From Octopus bimaculoides (Eukaryota): 64,000 bases of DNA. The position numbers and the translations under genes are program-made. Positions 27,357 through 35,800 of this stretch are shown here, in pieces (position 1 is the first letter of the stretch; each line of letters opens with the position of its first letter). The notes under the pieces are model-generated. The model was not told the origin of the DNA and made no database searches. It saw only the letters and a list, made by a program, of their open reading frames with translations. Where the stretch lies: contig NC_068981.1 in NCBI RefSeq assembly GCF_001194135.2, forward strand, positions 197,011,072 through 197,075,071, given 5' to 3'.

Positions 27357-28760
27357 CACACACACACACATCAATATTAATCACTCTCAAAGCGGTGACT
27401 TGGCAGAATCATAAACACACCGAACTAAATTCTTAGAGGCATTTAATCCATCTTTACGTTGTGGGTTCAAATTTCATCGAGGTCGACTTTGCTTTTCGTC
27501 CATCCAGGGTTAACAAAATATGTACCAGCTGAACAATGGGGGTCGATGTAATCGAGTGACCACCTCCCCTGAAACTGCGAGCCTTGTGCCAAAATGTGAA
27601 ACCAACATTACTCACTGACTTATACACACCACATCTACCCATCAAATCTGTCTCATTTCTCTCCACATCCACACGTTGTTTATACAGACCACTTCTACAG
27701 ACCATGTTATTGTAACCTACATCTACACACTGTCCATATATATCCACTCCACATCTATACATTGTGTTTATCATATACAGCTTACATCTACACACGCGTC
27801 GTCAATACATTGTCTATTTTATACACTCCACATCTACATATAGTGTATATCATTAAATCACAACACCCCAATATAAATGAGATGAAAGGTCTTTCTATTC
27901 GACATTACTGAACGTGTGTGTGTTTGTGTGTGTATATGCATATTCGAATGTGTGCTTAGATTTGGTTTAATTACTGGCAACTGAAGTCAAGTTTAACATA
28001 CTTTAGTTCTGAGACACACCCACAACTAACATTTAACCATTTTCTTATCGGGCAACTTTGTATTACGACGCTCGTTCACATGCTTAGACACGTCCCTTTG
28101 TTGTACTAAAACCACAGCAATGGCGTTCCAGGCGTGGTCGTCCCGTCTTTTTTGTATATCTAGGAGTATATTGTTCGATGTGACATCCATTTTTTTTTAG
28201 GGCAGTAGTGCATGATTTGTGGGAATTATTTGTATTGGGAAAAGAGAGGGGGGTGAGTTTATTGCCTCGTCACACAAGTCACCTGCCTCTGAACAATAAA
28301 GGTTTGGCGGAAGTCAAACTTGTAAAAGTTTCAAGTTATTTAATTCGATGCACTTATTAGAGCAGAACTGAAACTCAAGAGACACTGAGAAAGTGACATT
28401 AAAATATTGTAAGTAGACGAAATAACATTTCTAAAAGAGAGAGATTCAAGACAAAATGATATGAGAAGAAGTTCTGGACTTACCTCCGTCCGTCAAAAGA
28501 AATATGTCTGTATGTTTATCAGCATTAAAGTCACCGAAGGCAGACACAACACCCCTGTCGTTGCTGTTCACTAGAATGGCACTGCTAATATCTGAAAACT
28601 CTGTCAATTCACAAGAAACCAAGTTGATATGAAAGAAGAAGACAAGAACGGCCAAGAGGAAGACGTACAGCTGTTTCCTGACATTGTTGTGTCTGGTCGT
28701 CGTTTTTAACTCCACGCACGGCCGCCGTCTTTTCATTCTGGCTTCTGAATACATATTCAT
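2061..28760 (-). CDS. ITFG1: ITFG1 / T-cell immunomodulatory protein (TIP, LINKIN), multi-exon gene span, 3' end outside window
   Basis: Spliced translation gives a signal peptide, FG-GAP motifs ([55 protein letters not shown]) and the C-terminal conserved block [20 protein letters not shown]...[16 protein letters not shown], matching recalled human ITFG1; 14 exons with GT-AG boundaries. Confidence 0.95.
2366..2680 (+). mobile_element. tRNA-derived SINE, family C
   Basis: A box GGCTGTGTGG, B box GGTTCAGTCCC, internal (TG)n, tail ...GAAACAAGTAAAAGAATAA; further copies near 25470-25690, 32500-32690, 33838-34229, 41300-41650, 47910-48410, 48600-48890, 60185-60408 and 62090-62300. Confidence 0.8.
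4061..4182 (-). CDS. ITFG1: ITFG1 internal exon
   Basis: (A)[40 protein letters not shown]; phase 1-0, donor GTTAGT. Confidence 0.94.
4330..4900 (-). mobile_element. Tx1/L1-clade ORF2 C-terminus and 3' UTR remnant
   Basis: ORF 4620-5036 contains VKECVWWTR...[26 protein letters not shown], an L1/Tx1 C-terminal pattern; ends next to a (TATC)n tract. Confidence 0.6.
5285..5586 (+). mobile_element. tRNA-derived SINE, family B (cut by gap)
   Basis: GGAGGCGCAATGGCCGAGTGGTTAGG A box and GTTTCGATTCC B box followed by a non-tRNA body over 200 nt long. Confidence 0.8.
5961..5982 (-). CDS. ITFG1: ITFG1 internal exon, truncated by assembly gap
   Basis: ccgcag|PYGTNQP(G), compare recalled human PFGVNQPG; runs into N gap 5587-5960. 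Confidence 0.85.
6721..6758 (-). CDS. ITFG1: ITFG1 small internal exon (38 nt)
   Basis: (V)[12 protein letters not shown]; tttcag acceptor, GTAAGT donor, phase 1-0. Confidence 0.88.
7943..8048 (-). CDS. ITFG1: ITFG1 internal exon
   Basis: GVLDVFITS...[14 protein letters not shown]; phase 0-1, donor GTAAGT. Confidence 0.92.
9232..9805. mobile_element. Non-autonomous DNA transposon (MITE) with 37-bp TIRs, 8-bp TSD and central telomeric palindrome
   Basis: TIR GGATCTTTTTTAAAACGGGGGCCACA(G/T)TTTTCATTAA at 9232-9268 and 9769-9805 (1 mismatch); TSD GAATGTTT at 9224-9231 and 9806-9813. Confidence 0.9.
9821..9968 (-). CDS. ITFG1: ITFG1 internal exon
   Basis: [12 protein letters not shown]...RTF...[12 protein letters not shown]; phase 2-0, donor GTAAGT. 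Confidence 0.92.
10690..11680 (-). mobile_element. RTE-clade LINE remnant (RT motifs to C-terminus), frameshifted
   Basis: [40 protein letters not shown] in adjacent frames; the C-terminal region matches the other RTE copies in the window. Confidence 0.85.
11966..12117 (-). CDS. ITFG1: ITFG1 internal exon
   Basis: WHNLSVDF...[24 protein letters not shown]; phase 0-2, donor GTAAGT; not in the ORF track, translated by hand. Confidence 0.93.
13630..14830 (+). mobile_element. Head-to-tail cluster of five family A tRNA-derived SINEs
   Basis: Repeated GAGCTGGCAGAA...GAGTTCAAATT...GACTTTGCCTTTCATCCTTT...GGGTCGATAAA..AAGTACCAG units, most separated by (ATT)n; more copies near 3781-4000, 16075-16262, 23590-23820, 27390-27605, 34995-35475, 41878-42065 and 50683-51115. 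Confidence 0.85.
14865..15400 (+). mobile_element. 5'-truncated RTE LINE 3' end with (GAT)n tail
   Basis: ...[13 protein letters not shown]-terminal codons, then the 3' UTR GGAAGGGCATCCAGC...CAACCCATGC...GATGATGAT; this 3' UTR is the most abundant repeat in the window (dozens of copies on both strands). Confidence 0.85.
15705..15793 (-). CDS. ITFG1: ITFG1 internal exon
   Basis: (D)[29 protein letters not shown]; phase 1-0, donor GTAATG. Confidence 0.92.
16812..17590 (-). mobile_element. 5'-truncated RTE LINE (C-terminus plus 3' UTR)
   Basis: ORF 17245-17448 [41 protein letters not shown], followed by the 3' UTR and (GAT)n tail. Confidence 0.88.
17666..17747 (-). CDS. ITFG1: ITFG1 internal exon
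   Basis: [27 protein letters not shown]; phase 0-1, donor GTAAGT. Confidence 0.9.
19338..19396 (-). CDS. ITFG1: ITFG1 internal exon
   Basis: (D)[19 protein letters not shown]; ttgtag acceptor, GTAAGC donor, phase 1-0. Confidence 0.88.
20655..21179. mobile_element. piggyBac-like MITE (TTAA target)
   Basis: TTAA|CCCATTAACTGCCA ... TGGCAGACAAGGGG|TTAA (11/14 TIR match); AT-rich interior. Confidence 0.55.
21201..21319 (-). CDS. ITFG1: ITFG1 internal exon
   Basis: [10 protein letters not shown]...[19 protein letters not shown]; phase 2-1, donor GTATGT. Confidence 0.9.
22047..22294. repeat. Long fold-back inverted repeat (about 120-bp arms, almost no spacer)
   Basis: TAAAGATTGTTTGCCAACAT...CCAGGAGACATCGTCTCCA / TGGAGACGATGTCTCCTGG...ATGTTGGCAAACAATCTTTA; about 15 mismatches or indels counted by hand. 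Confidence 0.92.
22492..22563 (-). CDS. ITFG1: ITFG1 internal exon
   Basis: [23 protein letters not shown]; ttcag acceptor, GTATTT donor, phase 2-2. Confidence 0.88.
23302..23311. other. 10-N assembly gap (probably unsized) inside an ITFG1 intron
   Basis: N run; other gaps at 1837-1928, 5587-5960, 13180-13541, 48150-48262 and 61360-62034. Confidence 0.99.
24672..24905 (-). CDS. ITFG1: ITFG1 coding exon 2
   Basis: cag|GG AAA...; [10 protein letters not shown]...[19 protein letters not shown]...[11 protein letters not shown]; phase 1-1, donor GTAATT. Confidence 0.92.
26520..26665 (+). mobile_element. Degraded CR1/L2-clade LINE C-terminal remnant
   Basis: Translates approximately [28 protein letters not shown], resembling the CR1 motif HLEY..VWNP...LE.VQRRA. 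Confidence 0.5.
28484..28760 (-). CDS. ITFG1: ITFG1 coding exon 1 (signal peptide, first FG-GAP)
   Basis: MNMYSE...[20 protein letters not shown]...[19 protein letters not shown]; donor GTAAGT at 28483, phase 1; the true start ATG among several is uncertain. Confidence 0.9.
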
Positions 28761-29045
28761 TTCCTAACAATCTACAACACAAGGAAATATTTCTCTATAT
28801 CACTACCTATATATATCAATATTCGATTCTAAATATTATAGCAACAGCCTTAACTTGTTACACATGTCCCGACCAAACAAGAAGTGACTGCCGTAAACAC
28901 AAACGTATGACGACGTCTTAAAAAAATACGAAACTCACTTAATATAAAAACCATTAAAATATCATCGAAATTTATATTTTCGGTTTTAAAAATAACTAAT
29001 TATTTTATTTTTGTAAATTTGATACTTAAAACACGTAATATCAAG
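28761..29045. promoter_or_regulatory. Compact divergent (bidirectional) promoter and 5' UTR region shared by ITFG1 and PHKB
   Basis: Only 285 nt separate the two oppositely oriented start codons; the stretch is free of repeats in an otherwise repeat-saturated window; TATAAAA at 28943-28949 and TGACG at 28908-28912 are present but weak evidence. Confidence 0.75.
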
Positions 29046-29169
29046 ATGAGTCTTTATAAAATGGAAAATTGCGACGATCGTCTGACACCGAGGGATATCA
29101 CAATGGCGGAGATTAAGAGAGAAAATTATGAAGCAACCGTTAAAAAACTGGATACTTATTATTTTAGAC
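29046..29169 (+). CDS. PHKB: PHKB coding exon 1
   Basis: MSLYKME...[10 protein letters not shown] (compare human LWDKLDHYYRI); donor GTAAGT, phase 1; alternative ATG at 29061. Confidence 0.85.
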
Positions 29170-31341
29170 GTAAGTATTTCATTGAATCTTATCTATTCAT
29201 GACTCCTTTATCAATTGCCTGTGTAAATAGAGCGATTCAATATCTTGTTGTTTTTGTATTCACCTACTTTTCCCACCTGTGTCACACAAATGTCGTTCAG
29301 TTACCTTGACCTTCATATTTTCATGTCCTCGATTAAACACAGCTGTTTCTTGTTATTCTACACATTGCTGCACATTATTATGTACACTCTACATTATTAT
29401 ATATACACTCTACATTATTATATGCTCTACACTATCATACATTCTACGCATAGGCTTTTATACACACCACGAATGTTGGATTGTTGTTGTTCATGATGAT
29501 GCTGTTTAGCCCTAGGTAAGTCCTGATCATAAGCAAAGGCGTTCTAATCATGACCATCCCGTCTCTTAGACGGGATATTTCAAATAACATTATTTAACAT
29601 GGCCTTCCTTCTTTTAAGAGAGCAAGGTGTGATTTGAGACAGATTTAGCTGTTATTTGTAGCAGGTCGAACAACTGCGTAGAGGCTCCATCGTCATGATG
29701 ATGATGATGCTGATGATGATGATGATGCTTTGTGTTGTTTAGCCCCAGATCATCCTTGATCCAGCTAACCTCCCTTCAAAGACGTTCCAGCCATAACCAT
29801 TTCGTCTTATTTTCAAACATAACGCATCCGTAAGACAACATTACCCGAAATGTTTTACTTTTTAATAAAGGCGATTTGACTGCTATTTCTAGGAGATTGA
29901 GCAATAACATAACGTCTCCCCTTAGGTTGGCCTTGATCGAACAGACTTTCGACTAAAGACAATCCAACAGTGACCTTCATACAGCATGTCCATCAGCATG
30001 ACATGAAGGAGATTTAACTGTTGTTTCCAGCAGACTGAGCGACCACATAGGTGGATCGATGGCCAACAGGAATGAAATCAACAATTGACAAGAAGAACAC
30101 AACAATGGTGATTCTATTTGGTCTTTTCTTACAAACGTTTATTGTTTTGAAATGGTTTATTGTCACCTTTCACATTTTCACAAATGGTATGGTCGGTGGG
30201 GGTGGTCGTGGTGGGGCATATGTTAGTGTGTGTGTGTGTGTGTGTGTGTCATGCGCGCAAGTGTGTGTGTGTGCGTATGTGTTTACGTGCTTGTGTGTTT
30301 ATGTGCGTGTGTGTGTGTGTGTCATGCGCGCACGTGTGTTTGCTTGTTTATGTAACAGGAAAGACAAAAGTCTGTGCACTCGAATTTAAGTGTGAGAAAA
30401 TATAGGATACTGTATTTTAAGCGTGTATAAGGAAAACCCCTCATTTTAGGGGGGGGGCTTAAAATTTGGGGAAAAAGGTTTTGTAAGGGATTATAATACT
30501 ATCCATGTATAAGAAACTCCCATGTTTTTTAACCTAATCTTTGACAAAAATGGGTTCCTTATACATGTTAAAATACGGTAGGTAAGCAGACAGGTAAATA
30601 GATAGGTAGACAGACAGACAGACAGGTAGGTAGGTAGATAGATAGATAGATAGATACAGTTCTATATTTAAGAGATGAGGAATTATGTACATTATTTACA
30701 TTTGATGGATATTTGTCCTCATCTTGCTTGTTGTTAACGTTTCGGCTGATATACCCTCCAGCTTTCTTCAAGTGTCTTGGGGAAATTTCGAACCTGGGTT
30801 CTCATTCCTAAGGAATTCTTCGTTGTTGTTGTTATTATTATTATTATTGTCCATGGGCATATGGTGTGGTGGTTAAGAGCGCGGGCTACTAACCCCAAGA
30901 TTCCGAGTTCGATTCCAAGCAATGAACTGAACACTAATAATAATGATAATAACATCGAAAAATACCTTAGGAATGAGAACCCAGGACACCTGAAGAAGGC
31001 TGGAGGGTATATCAGCCAAAACGTTGTGTTAACAACAAACAAGATGAGGGCAAGTATCCATCAAATGTAAATAATGTAGATAGATAGATAGATAGATAGA
31101 TAGACAGGTAGTTAGATAGTTAGGTATATAGACAGGTAGGTAGGCAGACAGGTAGATAGATAGATGTTCATCATCGCCGTCATCAGCATGAACATCCAAC
31201 TTCCATGCTGGTATGTGATGGACAGTCTGACAGGATCCAACAAACCAGAAGACTGCATTGAATTCTTATGTCTGCTTTGGTAGGGTTTCTATGGCCAGAT
31301 GCCCTTTCTAACACCAACCACTCTACAAAATATACTGGGTG

Positions 31342-31373
<32 letters not shown>

Positions 31374-32756
31374 TGGTACCAGCACATAAGACCTCTCAAC
31401 TGAATGAGGTTGTGGTAGAGGGGGAAATGGCTTTATGCCAGATGTTGAGGGGCTAAAGTATGATAAAGGAACAGGTCCACGTATCTTGCTGTAGGGGAGA
31501 GACAGGGAAACACCTGGTTAATGCAAGTACAGTCAAGTGAAAACTCCACAAACTAGTTGCCAGAAAGTTTCAGGGGTCATCAGGAGAGAATGTGCACCAT
31601 TTCAGGGCCTTCCTCTTCGTGGCTTTACAGCACACCAGCCAACTGCCCTCACTGATGTGGAGCCCCACCTATTGTTTTGACTGTTTAGTATTTGACCTCA
31701 TGTCCATTATGGGATTATCACCTTTTGAATACTAGTCTTGCTATAGGGGAGATACATGGCTACCTTACATTATATAAAGGATGAATGGGAGTGGCTGGAA
31801 AAAGGATAATAAGAGAATACAGATGTATGTATGCATATATTAGTACAGTGGTTCCCAAACTTTTTCAGGCTGCTGCCCCCTTGGTTTTAGACCATTCTTT
31901 TGCTGTAAATTCAAAATAACAGTATTTCGCAAATAAAACTTAACCTAATTAATGGATTTTACAGTGTTTTTTGATGGTTTTAGAGCAAAAACTGATTAAA
32001 AAATTTTTTTTTTCTTTAATAAAAATTAACATTAACAGTTTATCGATAACTTCTGTTATATTTTTAAAGAATTAAATGATCAACAGTTATCACAGTTAAC
32101 TTTTTGGTTAACAGATTAACAATTAACAGAGTTAGCTTTTCGATTAATGGTGCCCACCCCTACCTGTTCTTCTATCCACTTCCCTCTCTACTACAACCTC
32201 ACTCAATCAAAGAACTGGTTGCCTTGGCAACCTCACTAGTGTTGGTGTCACAAAAAAAACTACTCAGAACATTCTGTAAAGTGGTTGGCCTTTGGAAGGG
32301 CATTCCAGCAGTAGGAACCATTGTGAATCCAGCATTGGGGCTCAGCACAGTTTCCTGATTCGTTGAATCTTCTCAAACTATTCAACCCATGGCAACACGG
32401 AAGAGGAACATTGAATGATGAGGATAGTGGTGGTATGGTGATGGTGGTGATGACAATGATGATGAGTAAGGTGATATGGTGATGGTGATACTTTACACTT
32501 TACTTTGTTTTGGTCATTTTGACTTTGGCCATGCTGGAGCACCACCTTAAAGTGTTTTTAGTTAGCGAAATCGATCCCAGCGCTTATTCTTTTGTAAGCT
32601 TAGTACTTATTCTATCAGTCTCTTTTACCAAACTGCTAAGTTACGGGGACATAAACACACCAACATTAGTTGTCAAACGATAGTGGATGGGGTAGAGTTA
32701 GCGGTTATAGTAACCGACTAAGGGATAAAAATATCTGTGTATATATATATATATGC

Positions 32757-32806
<50 letters not shown>

Positions 32807-35800
32807 ATATAATCATCATCATCCTTTAATGTCCATTGTTCATGCTGGCATGGGCTGGACGGTGGCATGGGCTGGACAGAGGTGTGCATCATTACAGCCA
32901 CAACATTACTCCCTACTTTCAGCAGTCTAGGATGTGTTGTACTTTTCAAAGATTGTGGAGTGTGATGTGAGATGTATTTGGCTGCTATTTCTGCCAGGTA
33001 GGCCAAGCAACCACATTGGTGGTAGTAGTAGTGACTGTGTTTGTGTGTGTGTGTATTTGTTTTATGTGTGCGTGTGTGTATGGTGTATATTATATGTTTA
33101 TTTATACATGTATATTATATACGTTAATTTTTATATATTTATATATTACATGTTATATATAGGACAGATAGATGGAGGGAGAGAGAACTTGCCTTCTACT
33201 CTTGCTACCTCCTGGCAGCATATATACGAAGTGTCGCAGTTCTACCTAATTGAAGGATAGATTACATTAATGTGTGTGTGTGTGTGTGAGAGAGAGTGAA
33301 AGAAAGAAAGAAAGACAGAGAGAGACTGTCTCTATAAATAGTCAAATGTTGGTAGGAAGGGGTAAGGGAGAGAGAAAGGAAGAGGAGGGAGACAGATGTA
33401 ATGCAAAGACCTTGGAAAGCTATATATACACACATACACACATTACATACATACATACAGTCTAACAAGGTATTTACTGAAATTGCTAGAAATAGCAGCT
33501 AGATCTGTCACCCTATGCACAGGCATCTTAAATACCTTTACTTGAAGGTACCAGCTGTAACAGTACCTGAGTGACAACTGGGGGTACCTTTCTACAACCC
33601 AGGTACCCATCCTCTACATCACTTCGTGGTTGTAACATTGGCAGGATGACAGCAGATGTATCGCTGTAGTACCCGAGTACTCTACCTACATATAGAGAGA
33701 CTTAAGTAATGTCGAGTGTGACCTTGGGAGAGTCACAGTTGAGGTGGTGTCATTGTAATATGACACAGGGGTCACCCTATAAGACAAGCTGTATCACGGA
33801 ACCTGTCTACCCTGAAGAGGATCAAAATATTCTTTCATACTCTTTTACTTGTTTCAGTCATTTGACTGTGGCCATGCTGGAGCACCGCCTTTAGTCGAGC
33901 AAATCAACCCTAGGACACTTATTCTTTGTAAGCCTAGTACTTATTTTATCGGTTTCTTTTGCCGAACCGCTAAGTTACGGGGGACGTAAACACACCACCA
34001 TCGGTTATCAAGCGATGTTGGGGGGACAAACACACACACACACAAACACATATATATACATATACACGACGGGCTTCTTTCAGTTTCCGTCTACCAAATC
34101 CACTCACAAGGCTTTGGTTGGCTCGAGGCTATAGTAGAAGACACTTGCCCAAGGTACCACGTAGTGGGAATGAACCCGGAACCATGTGGTTGGTAAGCAA
34201 GCTACTTACCACGCAGCCACTCCTGTGCCATGTTTATTTATTTTTAATTATGACAGATTATTTTGAAGCTGAACAACAGAGAAAAGAGGAAGAAAAACAA
34301 GAAGAAAGAGAATGGAGGCTGCGGCACCAAAGCCTCCGTTCCTTCTGAACCTTGCAGCAGATATTTCCATGCAAGAATCGGCCTCATTAGTCATCAGAGG
34401 CATAAACACGGACAGAGAGGAAGAAGTGGTCAAGAAAAAACCAAATAAATTATTGGACACACGATAGAACGCTGACGATTGTTAATTAGTGTTAAGACTA
34501 TATTTTACAAGAAGGGAGACATAAGATGTTGTGATGTTCATGTCTCTCCAAGAGATACTATTAGCTCAAGTAGAGTAAAAGTAGGGAGCTTATTAAACCT
34601 AGCGATGCCATTCCACCTGAGACCACTTCTCATCATCATCTTTTAATGTCCATTTTCCATGCTGGCATGGGTTGGACAGTTTGACAGGAACTGGTGAGGC
34701 CAGGAGCTGCACTAAGTTTCATTGTCTGTTTTGGCAGGGTTTCTACAGCTAGATGCCCTTCCTAATGCCAACCACTCCACAGACTGTACTGGGTGCTTTG
34801 TGGCTGTTGCATGTTACTGCTAGTTTAACCCCAGGCAGATTCTCCACCAGCTGGTTATCGGTGCAACACTCTGCACCCTTTATGTACAATATAGTGCTAG
34901 CAGGGGGAACAAACCCTCTTGTAGCTAAAAGGACTGACTCAATCTAGAGCTATTTATGATAAGAAGAAGAAGAAGAATGATAAGATTAATAATGATTTCA
35001 AATTTTTGCCACAAGGGCAGCTTGGGAGAGGGGATTAAGTTGATTACATCGACCCCAGTGCTTAACTATTTAATCAACCCCGAAAGGATGAAAGTAAAAT
35101 CAACCTCGGTGGAATTTGAACTCGGAATGCTGCAGCTGATGAAATACCGCTGAGCATTTCGCCCGGCATGCCAACGATTCTGCCAGCTGGCCGGCTTAAT
35201 AATAAGGATTAATAAGGATTAATAAGGATTAATAACGATAAGGAAAATAATGATAAGAATAATGCCAGTAATTTCAAATTTAGGCAGAAGGCCAGTAATT
35301 TCAGGGTAGGGGCTAAGTCGATTACACCGACCCAAGTGCTCAACTGGCATTTACTTTATCGACCCCGAGAGGATGAAAGTAAAGTCGACCTTGGGTGGAA
35401 TTTGAACTCAGAATGCAAAGACAGATGAAATGCCACTAAGCATTTTGCTCAGCGTGCTAATGATTCTGCCAGCTCACTGTCTTCCATGATAATAATAATG
35501 GCTTCAAATTTTGACATAAAGCCAGTAAGTTCAGGGGACGGTGTAGTCACTGATATCAACTCCAATGCCCAATCTGTCTGACATGCTCTTTTTGTATTTC
35601 ATTCTTGTCCTTTTCTCTTATTATGTGCTTCATCACCTGTTCTTTATTCATTGTTTTTAGTAGTTTTTCTCTGCTGCTCTCTAAATACTCTACTAGACTT
35701 CTTCTTTCCATCTGTACACATTCTTCTACTGCTATTAAGCCTCTTCCACCTTGGTCTCTCCTCAAGTACAGCCGGTTGATATCAGCTTTCAAATGGTGGG

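Noticed and set aside
28905-28950. CRE-like TGACG/GACGTC and TATAAAA as functional promoter elements
   Set aside because: Short motifs expected by chance in AT-rich DNA; no conservation data available
30855-30926. Possible genuine tRNA genes (also 5285-5360, 60622-60695, 60729-60800)
   Set aside because: Acceptor and T stems do not pair fully, and each head continues into a repeated non-tRNA body, so these are SINE heads
31846-31900. hAT/Charlie-like terminus CAGTGGTTCCCAAACTTTTT
   Set aside because: No matching right end or TSD found, so no element could be delimited
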